Origin: an uncultured Clostridium sp.
GTDB lineage: Bacteria > Bacillota > Clostridia > TANB77 > CAG-508
NCBI GenBank assembly: GCA_948434985.1
Contig: CAOJFV010000005.1
Location: 1 to 55,831 of the forward strand
Length of the DNA: 55,831 nucleotides
Reading direction: 5' to 3'
Positions 1 through 10,482 of the stretch are shown here, in pieces. The position numbers were made by a program, and so were the translations under genes. Every line of letters starts with the position of its first letter. The stretch's first letter is position 1. The notes beneath the pieces were generated by a model that saw only the letters and a program-made list of their open reading frames with translations, did no database searches and was not told the origin of the DNA.

Positions 1-143
1 ATTTCCTATTTTTATTTCCTATATTAGGTGTGACATATCTATTGTAAACCTATAAGCTATCTACTTTTTTAAATAGCTACCATATCTTGTTAAAAGTAGT
101 GTAAACAAAATTATTATCTTATAATAGTAATATTCTTTATATA

Positions 144-179
144 AAAATGAGTTGCACTTTTTTAAGTGCAACTCATTTT
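144..179 (-). terminator. Intrinsic terminator after spoVS
   Basis: Inverted repeat AAAATGAGTTGCACTT / AAGTGCAACTCATTTT just downstream of the spoVS stop. Confidence 0.8.
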
Positions 180-204
180 CAATTTATTTATAATATCACA
201 TATT

Positions 205-468
205 TTAAGCACGTGATTCTACTACTATTTTAATTCCTGTTCTATCTTCACCTTCTACTTGAACCTCCGCAAATGCTGGCACGCAAACCAGATCAACTCC
301 TGTTGGTGCTACAAATCCTCTTGCAATAGCTACTGCTTTTATAGCTTGATTTAATGCTCCTGCTCCTATTGCTTGCATTTCTGCTCTTTCATTTTCTTTT
401 ACCAAACCTGCAATTGCTCCTGCTACTGAATTTGGATTTGATTTTGATGAGATTTTTAAAACTTCCAT
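205..468 (-). CDS. spoVS: Stage V sporulation protein S
   Basis: MEVLKISSKSNPNSVAGAIAG...AIGAGALNQAIKAVAIARGFVAP; GGAGG RBS; rny-ymdB-spoVS synteny. Confidence 0.97.
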   Translation of the reverse strand: MEVLKISSKSNPNSVAGAIAGLVKENERAEMQAIGAGALNQAIKAVAIARGFVAPTGVDLVCVPAFAEVQVEGEDRTGIKIVVESRA

Positions 469-598
469 TGTTTCTGCCTCCTAAAATATAATTTTTTGTT
501 TCATTTTGAACATGTATATTTATATTATATTTTAGTTTCGTTGTCTAGTGTTTTTTATAAAAAACAAGAAGTTTTTGTCGTGTTTTTTCGCCATTTTT

Positions 599-1369
599 CT
601 ACATATTTAACAGTTCTATTTTCTTTACTCGACAAGTACTATCATCAAGTTCAAAAATACACCCATTTAGGACACAATTTCCTTCTGCCAATTTATATTT
701 TTCTGGTAAAGTAGTTTCAAATCTTTTTATAGATGCACTAACATCCATTCCTATAACAGATTTCTTAGGTCCAGTCATACCTATGTCTGTAATATAGCCT
801 GTTCCATTTTCTAATATTTGATAATCAGCTGTTTGTACATGAGTATGTGTTCCAAATACAATACTTACTCTTCCATCTAAATAATAACCCATAGCAATTT
901 TTTCTGCTGTTGCTTCTGCATGAAAATCTACTATTATACAATCTGCTTTACCTTCTAATTCTTTTAAAATATCATTTATCATTACAAATGGATTTTCTGA
1001 TAACACATTCATATCAGTTCTACCAATTAAATTTATTGTAGCAATTCTTTTTCCTTTACATTCTCTTATAGTATATCCTTTACCTTGAACACCTTTAGGA
1101 TAGTTTGCAGGTCTTATCAATTGTGGATGATCTATAAAATTAAAAATATCCTTTTTGCCCCAAGTATGATTTCCCATTGTAACTACATCTACACCCATAG
1201 CCAACATCTCTTTAAATAATTTTTCGGTAATTCCCATACCTCCTGCTGAATTTTCTCCATTCGCCACAATAAAATCTATTTGTTTTTCCTTTTTCAAATT
1301 AGGTATTATTTCTTTTGCTTTCTTTAGTCCACTTTCTCCTACTATATCTCCAACTGCTAAAATTTTCAA
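599..1369 (-). CDS. ymdB: YmdB/TIGR00282 metallophosphoesterase
   Basis: GDIVG, NGEN, MGNHTW, RPANYP, DFHAEATAEK, GTHTHVQTAD motifs; TTG start. Confidence 0.95.
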   Translation of the reverse strand: MKILAVGDIVGESGLKKAKEIIPNLKKEKQIDFIVANGENSAGGMGITEKLFKEMLAMGVDVVTMGNHTWGKKDIFNFIDHPQLIRPANYPKGVQGKGYTIRECKGKRIATINLIGRTDMNVLSENPFVMINDILKELEGKADCIIVDFHAEATAEKIAMGYYLDGRVSIVFGTHTHVQTADYQILENGTGYITDIGMTGPKKSVIGMDVSASIKRFETTLPEKYKLAEGNCVLNGCIFELDDSTCRVKKIELLNM

Positions 1370-1445
1370 AACACATCTTCCTTCCTATTTTATCTCTTCC
1401 TATTATACACTATATTTTTATAAATTGAAATATTTTTCATTATAT

Positions 1446-1474
1446 TTGATTTATGTTAATTTTTATGGTATAAT
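1446..1474 (+). promoter_or_regulatory. Sigma-A-type promoter for orphan ORF
   Basis: TTGATT-17 nt-TATAAT with extended TG. Confidence 0.6.
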
Positions 1475-1528
1475 ATTATTAAGTAGTTTTTTTATATCTT
1501 GTTTCAATGAAAATAGGAGGAAAAAATA

Positions 1529-1804
1529 ATGAAGAAAACGAAAGGCAAAAACATCCGCAGCTATTCATACTCTTTCATAGTTGAAAAAGAAGATGATATC
1601 AGATCAAGGGTTATCATTTCTCGGAATAATTCCGAGTATTGCCAGTTCCTTGACGGTTCTTTCTTGAATCCTAATGGGATAGGCGCAAAGAAAATGCCTT
1701 TAAGCGAAATGGTACTACTGTGGAAGCATATGAACTACCATGACAATAGTGTTGTAGACCATTCTCTCACACTCTTCTGCAATAAGGATGTATTTACTCT
1801 TTAA
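1529..1804 (+). CDS. Orphan hypothetical protein inserted between ymdB and rny; in-frame CGG at codon 32
   Basis: AGGAGG RBS, own promoter and terminator, GC-richer codons than neighbours; no family recognised. Confidence 0.6.
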   Translation: MKKTKGKNIRSYSYSFIVEKEDDIRSRVIISRNNSEYCQFLDGSFLNPNGIGAKKMPLSEMVLLWKHMNYHDNSVVDHSLTLFCNKDVFTL

Positions 1805-1811
1805 GCTTCAA

Positions 1812-1845
1812 AAAGACCAGTGCTGTGCACTGGTCTTTCTTTTTA
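1812..1845. terminator. Bidirectional terminator
   Basis: AAAGACCAGTGC-TGT-GCACTGGTCTTT with T tract between convergent genes. Confidence 0.8.
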
Positions 1846-3390
1846 TTTTGCGTATGTTATTACTCTTGATTCTCTTATAACATTTACTTTAATTTGTCCT
1901 GGATAATCCATTTCGTCTTCTACACGTTTTGCTATATCTCTTGCCATAATTGTCATCTCTGCATCAGATACTTTTTCTGGTTTTACAATAATTCTTACTT
2001 CACGTCCTGCTTGTATTGCAAATGATTTATCTACTCCTTCAAAAGAATCTGCTATTTCTTCAAGTTGCTCTAATCTCTTTATGTATGCTTCTAGAGTTTC
2101 TTTTCTTGCTCCTGGACGAGATGCACTTATTGCATCTGCTGCTTGTACAAGTACAGCCTCTAAAGTTTGAGCTTCAACATCTCCATGGTGTGCTTCTACT
2201 GCATTTATTACTAATGGATTTTCTTTATATTTCTTCAATACATCTACACCAATTTCAACATGAGTTCCCTCCATATCATGATCTAATGCTTTTCCTATAT
2301 CATGTAATAAACCAGCTCTTCTTGCTCTTTTTGCATCAAGACCTAATTCATCTGCCATAATTCTTGCAAGGTTTGCAACCTCTATTGAGTGATTTAATAC
2401 ATTTTGTCCATAACTTGTTCTGTATTTTAATTTGCCTATTAATTTAACTAAATCTGGATGAAGTCCTATTACTCCTGCTTCTAGTGTTGCTCTTTCTCCC
2501 TCTGCTTTAATGGTTGCTTCAACTTCTTCTTTTGCTTTTTCAACCATTTCTTCAATTTTTGCAGGATGAATTCTTCCATCTTCAATTAATTTTTCAAGTG
2601 CTATTTTTGCAACTTCTCTTCTTAATGGGTCAAATCCTGATAAAATCACAGCTTCTGGTGTATCATCTATTATAAGGTCTATTCCTGTTAAGGTTTCTAA
2701 TGCTTTAATATTTCTTCCTTCTCTACCTATAATTCTTCCTTTCATATCATCATTTGGAAGGTTTACTATTGATACGGTAGTTTCTGAAGTATGATCAGCT
2801 GCACATTTTTGAACAGCATATGTTAAAAGTTCTCTTGCCTTTTTTACTGATTCTTCTTTAGCCTTTTGTTCTTCTTCTCTAATTATAGCTGCTGTTTCAT
2901 TTTTTATTGTTTTTGCAGTCTCATCAAGTAATATTCTCTTCGCTTCTTCACTAGTAAATCCTGAAATTTTTTGAAGTTCTTCTAATTCTTTTTGTTTTAA
3001 TTCATTTAATTCTTCTTCTTTATCTTGTATTTCTTTATCACGTTTATCAAAATCCCTTTCCTTATGTTCTAAAGCTTCTTCCTTTCTATCTAGATTTTCT
3101 TCCTTCTGCATAATTCTTGATTCTTGTTTTTGTACTTCGCCTCTTCTTTCTCTAATCTCTTGTTCTAAAACTTGTCTTTCTTGCATAATTTGTTCTTTTG
3201 CTTTAAAAATTTCTTCTTTTTTAATATTCTCTGCTTCTTTATTTGCAAGTTCTAATATTTTCTTTGCTTCAGTTTCTGCACCTTCGATTTTAGATTCAGC
3301 TATTCTTTTTCTAATTAATACACCAACAGGTATAAAAACAACAGCTGAGATTAGAATAGTGGCGATAATGATTATAATTTCCATAATCAT
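1843..3390 (-). CDS. rny: Ribonuclease Y
   Basis: N-terminal TM helix, coiled coil, KH ([12 protein letters not shown]) and HD (LLHDIGK) domains. Confidence 0.98.
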   Translation of the reverse strand: MIMEIIIIIATILISAVVFIPVGVLIRKRIAESKIEGAETEAKKILELANKEAENIKKEEIFKAKEQIMQERQVLEQEIRERRGEVQKQESRIMQKEENLDRKEEALEHKERDFDKRDKEIQDKEEELNELKQKELEELQKISGFTSEEAKRILLDETAKTIKNETAAIIREEEQKAKEESVKKARELLTYAVQKCAADHTSETTVSIVNLPNDDMKGRIIGREGRNIKALETLTGIDLIIDDTPEAVILSGFDPLRREVAKIALEKLIEDGRIHPAKIEEMVEKAKEEVEATIKAEGERATLEAGVIGLHPDLVKLIGKLKYRTSYGQNVLNHSIEVANLARIMADELGLDAKRARRAGLLHDIGKALDHDMEGTHVEIGVDVLKKYKENPLVINAVEAHHGDVEAQTLEAVLVQAADAISASRPGARKETLEAYIKRLEQLEEIADSFEGVDKSFAIQAGREVRIIVKPEKVSDAEMTIMARDIAKRVEDEMDYPGQIKVNVIRESRVITYAK

Positions 3391-3518
3391 ACACCTCTTT
3401 CTTCTATTTATTTTTCAATGTTCGATAATAATATATCTATTTCTTAATCTTTATAATATATTAAACCTACTCTTTTATTTTATATGTATTATTGTAAACT
3501 GTCAAGTGATTAGCCAAA

Positions 3519-3552
3519 AAAATACCAGTTACTTTTTAGTAACTGGTATTTT
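3519..3552 (-). terminator. Intrinsic terminator
   Basis: AAAATACCAGTTACT / AGTAACTGGTATTTT inverted repeat. Confidence 0.75.
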
Positions 3553-3558
3553 ATACTC

Positions 3559-3807
3559 TTACTTGTTTTTATTCTTTTTACCAAATGTTATATCTTGGAA
3601 TAAGAAATCTTTAAAATCTTGCCAAGTTAATTCTATATGTAAAAAGTCATTTAAATCATCTTCAAATTTTTGTTGTGCAGGGGTTAATTCAACTTTTATT
3701 TCTTGAAATAAAAATGCTTTAACTTTTGGCCATACTCCTACTTTTGCTGGTAAGTTAGAATTTGCCACAACCTCTGTTTCTACTCCACCAAATATTTTTT
3801 CACTCAT
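3559..3807 (-). CDS. Hypothetical protein, 82 aa
   Basis: GAGGAGG RBS, host-like codon usage, downstream terminator. Confidence 0.75.
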   Translation of the reverse strand: MSEKIFGGVETEVVANSNLPAKVGVWPKVKAFLFQEIKVELTPAQQKFEDDLNDFLHIELTWQDFKDFLFQDITFGKKNKNK

Positions 3808-3932
3808 TTTGTTCGTCCTCCTCTTTCGTTTTATTCATTTGTTAGTATATTTATACTATATACTATCGAATTTATCAATAGTTTATACGATTTTTATTGT
3901 TAAATATTGGTTACAGAGTTGTTACGATTTTG

Positions 3933-5244
3933 TTACACGTTTTCTATTTCTCCTGTTAATCCATCTTTATAGATATCATTAATCTTTACATTTACTATTT
4001 CGTTTTCTATTCCTTCTTTATTAGTTTTGACATATACATTGATATAATTTGTAGTATGTCCTTTTATAAATTCACCTTCTCTTTCTTCTAATAGCACAAA
4101 TACTTCTTTCTTAATATATTTTTTGTTATGTTCTAGCTCTTTTTGGTTAGATAGCTCAATTAATTTATTACTTCTTAATTCTTTTAAATTACCGTCTATT
4201 TGATTTTCCATAACAGCTGCTTTTGTTCCTTTTCTTGGTGAATATTTAAATATATGCATTTTATAAAAATCTATTTTATCTAAGTATTGATAAGTATCTA
4301 GAAATTCCTTTTTTGATTCTCCTGGAAAACCTACTATAATATCAGTTGTTAAAGCTACATTTGGATAATTTTCTTTAATTAAGTTTGTAGCATTTTCAAA
4401 TTCTTTAGTTGTATATCTTCTATTCATTCTTTTTAAAGTTTCGTCACATCCACTTTGTAAAGATAAATGAAAATGATCACATATTTTTTCTAAACTCACT
4501 AGTTCTTTAATAAACTTTTCATCTATTATTGTTGGTTCTATAGAACCTAAACGAATCCTTTTTATTCCTTCTATCTTATTTATTTCTTTTAACAAATCTA
4601 TTAAACCAATATCTTCCTTAAAGTCTTTTCCATATGACGCAATATGTATTCCTGTTATAACAACTTCTTTAATACCTTGTTTTGAAATTTCTGTTATTTC
4701 ATCTACTACATCTTTTATACTCCTACTTCTAACTCTTCCTCGTGCATATGGTATTATACAGTATGAGCAAAATCTGTCACATCCATCTTGAACTTTTATA
4801 ACGGCTCTTGTTTTTTCTGTATATGCTGCTACTTCAAATTCGATAGCACATTTTTCTTTCATTATATCTGCTACTATGTCTTCTTTTTTATTTTTCTTTG
4901 TAAAATCTTCTATATATTTAACAATATCTTTTTTCTCACTATTTCCAAGTACAATATCAATATCTTCTATTTTATCTAACTCATCTTTAGCGACTTGTGC
5001 ATAACAACCTGTAACAACTAATATCGCAGACTCGTTATTATCTTTAACTCTTCTTATAATTTGTCTTGATTTTCTATCAGACATATTTGTTACTGTACAC
5101 GTATTTATAACATATATATCTGCTTTTTCTTCATAGTCTACTGCTTCATATCCATTTTCTATAAATTTTTGCCTCATTGCATTTGTTTCATATTGATTAA
5201 CCTTACAACCGCAATGTGTAAAATGCTACTTTTCTATTTTCCAT
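3933..5244 (-). CDS. mtaB: tRNA ms2t6A37 methylthiotransferase MtaB; full length requires CGGT at 5208-5211 read as Gly
   Basis: ATG 5244 gives MENRKVAFYTL-[CGGT]-CKVNQYETNAMRQ; CTVT motif and radical SAM GCDRFCSYC. Confidence 0.93.
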
Positions 5245-5336
5245 ATTATTGCTACCTTTCTTTATTAAGAATTTATAATTTCAAAGGGTTGCATATCATA
5301 CAACCCCTACCTCCATTTACATTTTTTAACTTTTAA

Positions 5337-6341
5337 TTATAATCTTGTTTTTCCTTCTAACGAATCTAAATTGTCTAGTGCTTTTCCCGTTCCTAGTGCA
5401 ACACAAGATACACTATCTTGTGCTATCATAACATTTATTCCTGTTTTTTCTTGTAAAAGTTTATCTAGTCCATCAACTAAACATCCTCCACCAGTCATAT
5501 AAATTCCTTTATCACTTATATCTGCAGCAAGTTCTGGTGGTGTTTTTTCTAATACTGAATGAACAGCATCAACAATCATCATTGCTGGCTCTGTTAATGC
5601 TTCCATCATTTCGCTTGAATGGATTGTTATTGTTTTAGGAAGACCTGTAATTAAATCTCTTCCTCTAATATCCATTTCCATATCTTGAATTTTAGGATAT
5701 ACACAACCAATATTTACCTTTAAATCTTCTGCCGTTCTTTCTCCAATCATAACATTATGTTTTTTCTTTATATATTTTACAATGTATTCATCAAATTTAT
5801 CTCCTGCTACTTTAAGTGAAGTACTTACAACAGAACCTCCAAGAGAAATAACAGCTACGTCTGTAGTTCCTCCACCTATATCTACAATCATATTTCCACA
5901 AGGTCTTGATATATCAATACCAGCACCAATAGCTGCCGCAATTGGTTCTTCTATTAAATATACTTTTCTTGCTCCTGCTTGAGATGCAGCATCAATAACA
6001 GCCTTCTTTTCTACTTCTGTTACTTGTGAAGGAATACAAATCATAATTCTTGGAGCAAATATAAATTTACCACATACTTTATTAATAAAATGTTTAAGCA
6101 TCTTTTCTGTTACAGTATAATCAGAAATAACACCATCTTTTAATGGTCTTGTTGCAACAATATTTCCTGGCGTTCTACCAAGCATCCTTCTTGCTTCTTG
6201 TCCAACTGCTAATACCTCTTTAGTATTATTATCAATTGCAACAACAGATGGTTCTCTTAGTACTATTCCTTTTCCTTTTACGTATGCTATAACTGTTGCA
6301 GTACCCAAATCTATTCCTATATCTTGCCCAAAACCAAACAT
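5337..6341 (-). CDS. mreB: Rod shape-determining protein, MreB/Mbl family
   Basis: DIGIDLGTA, EPIAAAIGAG, DIGGGTTD, TGGG actin-fold motifs; may be the mbl paralogue. Confidence 0.9.
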   Translation of the reverse strand: MFGFGQDIGIDLGTATVIAYVKGKGIVLREPSVVAIDNNTKEVLAVGQEARRMLGRTPGNIVATRPLKDGVISDYTVTEKMLKHFINKVCGKFIFAPRIMICIPSQVTEVEKKAVIDAASQAGARKVYLIEEPIAAAIGAGIDISRPCGNMIVDIGGGTTDVAVISLGGSVVSTSLKVAGDKFDEYIVKYIKKKHNVMIGERTAEDLKVNIGCVYPKIQDMEMDIRGRDLITGLPKTITIHSSEMMEALTEPAMMIVDAVHSVLEKTPPELAADISDKGIYMTGGGCLVDGLDKLLQEKTGINVMIAQDSVSCVALGTGKALDNLDSLEGKTRL

Positions 6342-6456
6342 ATATATCGTTCCTTTCTAGCTATATCTATTATATTATTTCCCTATTTTTACAAATTCAT
6401 TACAATTATATTACATATGTGGAAAAATAGCAATAGATTTTTGGGAATTGTTAAAA

Positions 6457-7179
6457 TTATTCAATTACATCAACTGCATTACTCTTTTCTAATCCTTCTA
6501 AATTATAATATGAATCTGGAATCCTTCCTACAATAATGTTTTCAGCAATTAATACTTGGTTTGATATGCCCTGTTCAAATGTAGTATATGGAGTTAATAT
6601 GTTTACTTTACAATCTACTTGTAAATAAATTCTATGTATTGTTTGGTTTATTCCTGCAGATTTAAACTCACTCCTTAAATCTGTTTCGACATTCCCTACT
6701 GTAGAAAGTGTAACATTAACTATAGGTCCCCTTCCAGAAAATATCTTGGTTCCAGTAAAACTTCCAAGTCGTATTCCAATTTGTTCTTGTTCTACTTCAT
6801 TAAGTCTTTTTTGAACCTTCTCTGCTACGTCTGATATTATAAGGTTAATTGGAACAATATTAGATTTTATCATACTTATATTATCATTTGAATCCTTATA
6901 TATTGTAACTAAATCTTCATATTTATAATTATTTATTACTTTAGTAGACTCCTCATTACAAATAATAGTTGCTATGCTCTTTGCTTTATCTTTACAAAGT
7001 GTTTCAAAAATTGGTGTTATACTATGAATAGCCATAGTAAAGGTTACTATGGCTATACTTAGAATTGTAATGAATTTCATTACTTTTTTATTCTTATCAT
7101 TCTTCATTTTTGGAATTTGAATTTTTTTGTATACCACCTTAGGTAATTTTATTCTCTTTCTAGAATATATCATATCCAT
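6457..7179 (-). CDS. yunB: Sporulation protein YunB
   Basis: SEFKSAGINQTIHRIYL...IIVGRIPDSYY signature; N-terminal TM. Confidence 0.9.
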   Translation of the reverse strand: MDMIYSRKRIKLPKVVYKKIQIPKMKNDKNKKVMKFITILSIAIVTFTMAIHSITPIFETLCKDKAKSIATIICNEESTKVINNYKYEDLVTIYKDSNDNISMIKSNIVPINLIISDVAEKVQKRLNEVEQEQIGIRLGSFTGTKIFSGRGPIVNVTLSTVGNVETDLRSEFKSAGINQTIHRIYLQVDCKVNILTPYTTFEQGISNQVLIAENIIVGRIPDSYYNLEGLEKSNAVDVIE

Positions 7180-7206
7180 ATCTAAATCATTCCTTTATGG
7201 TATATG

Positions 7207-8760
7207 TTATGCAATTTCTTCTTTCCTTGTGTATACATATTTAGGAATAAATAATTGTTGTCCGGGATAAATTTTATTTACATCTTCAATATTATTTACT
7301 CTTGCTATATCTGCAACTGTGCTTCTAAACTTTTTAGCAATTCCCCATAATGTGTCTCCTGGTTTTACAAAATATATTACCATACTATAAATTTGTCTAT
7401 CTCTTGTTTCATCAATATTAACCTCATCTATAATATTTATTTTTATAGTATTTGACATACTTAATTTAAATTCTAAATCGACTTTAGTTTCTATTTGACC
7501 ATCTGCCCCAACAACAAAGTCTTGATTTACTATTTCTATCGCTGTATCTATACTCATATTTTGAGATATTTCCGCAGAATCCACATTAAAGTTAAATGGT
7601 AATTTCATTTGTTTTACTTGAATTCCTAAAGTATTGCTAGATGCAAAAATAAAGTTTAGTTCAAGTTCTCCTTCATACATTACTCTAGATTTAGTAATAT
7701 TTCTATTTAATATAACTGGTCTTACATCTACATCATATATCTCATTTCCATTTATTTCTGGTACCATAACTCTTTCTCTTATGTTACACATTTCTTTTAC
7801 TTCACATTTATTTGACATTGTATTTACGCATCTTTGGTTAAATCCTAAACATTCACTTGGACTATATAAATCTTCAATAACATTTACATCCTTATTCTCA
7901 TATACTCTTGCATAAAGTTCCACTTCTATTTCTACATATATTGAATGTTCTTCTACCGAATTTGGCTTTACAAGCATATTTTTTAGTTTGTATTTCATAT
8001 CACATATATTAGAATCATCTATGTTTTCAATATCTACAAATCCCATTACAGGAATTCTATTTTCTACTACTTTAATTCTGTTATCTTCTGTAAGATACAT
8101 CATTTTAACTAAAATATCAGCTTTACCTAATACTTTGTTATAACTTATTTTTATATCCTTATTCACTATAGATAAATCTACTTTCAATATTTCTGCAAGA
8201 TTATCAATATTGTCTATTACTATAGTATCCTTTGCATTTGTTTTTGAACACCCTTCTCCTACTAACGAGTTAACATTTAGATTAGATTCTAAAACTTGCA
8301 CATCTTGTATATTATTAATTTGTCTTATGATATCTACATCCTCATTTGAATAAACACTCATTTCAAATTGTAATGTTGCTTTAACATTGATTTTTCTTCC
8401 ATTTAAAATTTTACATTCTATAGATTTAATTGTTACATTCTCATCTAAGCTCATATCTCCAGTGCAACCATCAAAGTCTAAAACTTGGCTAAAATCAATA
8501 TTGGTATTTAAGCTTCTTATAGCTTCATCTTGATTGTCTGCAAGATAAATTACATATACATTTACATCACCATCAATTTTTATTTTTCCATCTAATACTT
8601 CTTTTTTATATATACATACATTTCCTGTTGTATTTATTGTGTTTAATATATCAGGCTTTACATCTGGTACTATCATATCACCTTCTACTACAACTGTTTC
8701 GCTTTTTTGTCCTACAATTTTATTTAATACAAATTTCTCCTTTGTCACATCTACTTGCAT
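7207..8760 (-). CDS. SPOCS (DUF3794) repeat plus LysM spore coat assembly protein, SipL-like
   Basis: DMIVPDVKPDI repeat starts; C-terminal LysM YFVKPGDTLWGIAKKF. Confidence 0.9.
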   Translation of the reverse strand: MQVDVTKEKFVLNKIVGQKSETVVVEGDMIVPDVKPDILNTINTTGNVCIYKKEVLDGKIKIDGDVNVYVIYLADNQDEAIRSLNTNIDFSQVLDFDGCTGDMSLDENVTIKSIECKILNGRKINVKATLQFEMSVYSNEDVDIIRQINNIQDVQVLESNLNVNSLVGEGCSKTNAKDTIVIDNIDNLAEILKVDLSIVNKDIKISYNKVLGKADILVKMMYLTEDNRIKVVENRIPVMGFVDIENIDDSNICDMKYKLKNMLVKPNSVEEHSIYVEIEVELYARVYENKDVNVIEDLYSPSECLGFNQRCVNTMSNKCEVKEMCNIRERVMVPEINGNEIYDVDVRPVILNRNITKSRVMYEGELELNFIFASSNTLGIQVKQMKLPFNFNVDSAEISQNMSIDTAIEIVNQDFVVGADGQIETKVDLEFKLSMSNTIKINIIDEVNIDETRDRQIYSMVIYFVKPGDTLWGIAKKFRSTVADIARVNNIEDVNKIYPGQQLFIPKYVYTRKEEIA

Positions 8761-8933
8761 TGTTAATTCCTCCTCTTTTTTTATTTAGTTTATAGTAATG
8801 TATATTAAGAGGACAAAAAAAAATTCCTAAATAGTAGGAATTTTTTTAAAATAAACATTACAAAGAAAAATTGCTTTGCAATATTAAATTTAACATAATT
8901 AGAAAAAATCTAGCAAAACTAGATTTTTTCTAA

Positions 8934-9227
8934 TTATAAATTTTTTTGTTTTTTTGTTTCTACTGGTGGTGGTACAATTGGATTAAAATTTTCACCATCA
9001 AATAGGCTCACTTCCACTGTTCTTGTTAATACATCAGTATAACTATATGTAACATTTCTATCATTTTCATCATATTTAACTATAAATAAGTTAGGATATG
9101 CTTTTTCTATTGTGGCTTCTTTCTCAAAATATTTACTTCTTCCTAATGTTCCTTTTACCATTATTTTTTGTCCTATGTTTTCTGTAATGTCTGTTTTTAA
9201 ATTTGTGATATCATCTCTGTAAATCAT
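8934..9227 (-). CDS. veg: Veg family protein
   Basis: GRSK...AYPNLFIV...TYSYTDVLT; adjacent to yabG; start chosen from RBS. Confidence 0.9.
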   Translation of the reverse strand: MIYRDDITNLKTDITENIGQKIMVKGTLGRSKYFEKEATIEKAYPNLFIVKYDENDRNVTYSYTDVLTRTVEVSLFDGENFNPIVPPPVETKKQKNL

Positions 9228-9397
9228 TTTATCACCCACTTCATTATTATGTTGTGATTATATCATTTGTGCAGTAAAATGTCAAAAAAGAGACTCTTGT
9301 GTAATTACTTGTTTTTGCTTAGATTTCAAGTATTTTGCGTTTATGTTACATTTATATTACATTGATGTTACATTAATGTTTCGTTTTTTATGTTATA

Positions 9398-9502
9398 GTA
9401 GCAGTCCCTGTGTCTTTCATTTTTTATTTATTTCTATACAATTAAATTTATTATTTTAGCTCCTTCTTTGAATAAATTAGTGGACACGGGTACTGCCCCT
9501 AC
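9398..9502. repeat. REP-doublet (REPIN)-like inverted repeat element
   Basis: GTAGCAGTCCCTGTGTC on + strand and GTAGGGGCAGTACCCGTGTC on - strand flanking an AT-rich spacer. Confidence 0.5.
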
Positions 9503-9527
9503 ATTATTATACTATCTACCTTTTTCA

Positions 9528-10388
9528 TTATTCTTCTTTTCTTATTGTCGTAATTCTTTTTCCACGTGCTCCTATTCCATTTATTCCTTTAGTTCCATCT
9601 CTTAATTCATCTGCAATATCATTTATTGTAATATATTTATAGTCCTCTGTTGTTGCTACTTTTTCTGCAACTACTAATGGATCTAAAAAATCAATTAATA
9701 CTCTTGCAGGTGAAGATGCAAAGTTCGCTCCTGATGCTACTAGTGCCTCATAATAACTTTGGCAAGCACCTGCAAATATTACTAAATCTTTTCCTGTTTT
9801 ATTTACCCATCTTTTTGCTTCTCTTACAGTATTTATAAAATATTTTGAATTTCTATAATTATATATATCATTATATCCTGTTCCATTTTTTATCATTCCA
9901 TCATGACCTGTTATTACCAGTATATCTGGGTTATATCTATTTAATAAATCCATTACTACATATTCTTGTCTATTTTCTGGTATATTTCTTACAATTGCTT
10001 CTAATCCAAGTTTTCTATAATACTTCATAGATTTATCTGAGTAACGTTTATCTCCATCTAAATGCAATATCTTTCCATTTTTCTTATCTTCGTTTCTCCC
10101 GAGAAAAATTCTATCTTCTATTTCCTCATTTTTTATATTTCTTTTTGAACATCTTTTTATTTTATCCTCACACTTATTTTCTAAATTTCTCATATGATTT
10201 CGTACTTGTTTTTTTTCTATTACTTCTAAATCTTCTATATCTGCATCTGCTTCGATACGAAGAATCAGTCCTTTTAATATTGCAACTTTTTTTCCATCTC
10301 TATGTTTTACTATATTTTCTACAGTAAATAGTATATCTTTCCCATAAGAAATTCGACCAACAATATCACCTTTTCTTATTTTATACAT
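9528..10388 (-). CDS. yabG: Sporulation peptidase YabG
   Basis: ILHLDGD, PDILVITGHD, FAGACQS, GANFASSPARV motifs. Confidence 0.95.
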   Translation of the reverse strand: MYKIRKGDIVGRISYGKDILFTVENIVKHRDGKKVAILKGLILRIEADADIEDLEVIEKKQVRNHMRNLENKCEDKIKRCSKRNIKNEEIEDRIFLGRNEDKKNGKILHLDGDKRYSDKSMKYYRKLGLEAIVRNIPENRQEYVVMDLLNRYNPDILVITGHDGMIKNGTGYNDIYNYRNSKYFINTVREAKRWVNKTGKDLVIFAGACQSYYEALVASGANFASSPARVLIDFLDPLVVAEKVATTEDYKYITINDIADELRDGTKGINGIGARGKRITTIRKEE

Positions 10389-10482
10389 AAGCATCACCTC
10401 TAAATTTAAAGTTGCTCTCTACATATTATGTCGAATTTTAGATTTTGGTGACAAAAAAATAAGTATAGAATTTCTTCTATAC

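Noticed and set aside
10429-10435. Spo0A box TGTCGAA upstream of yabG
   Set aside because: A single 7-mer adjoining a likely sporulation-sigma -10 element; not distinguishable from chance.
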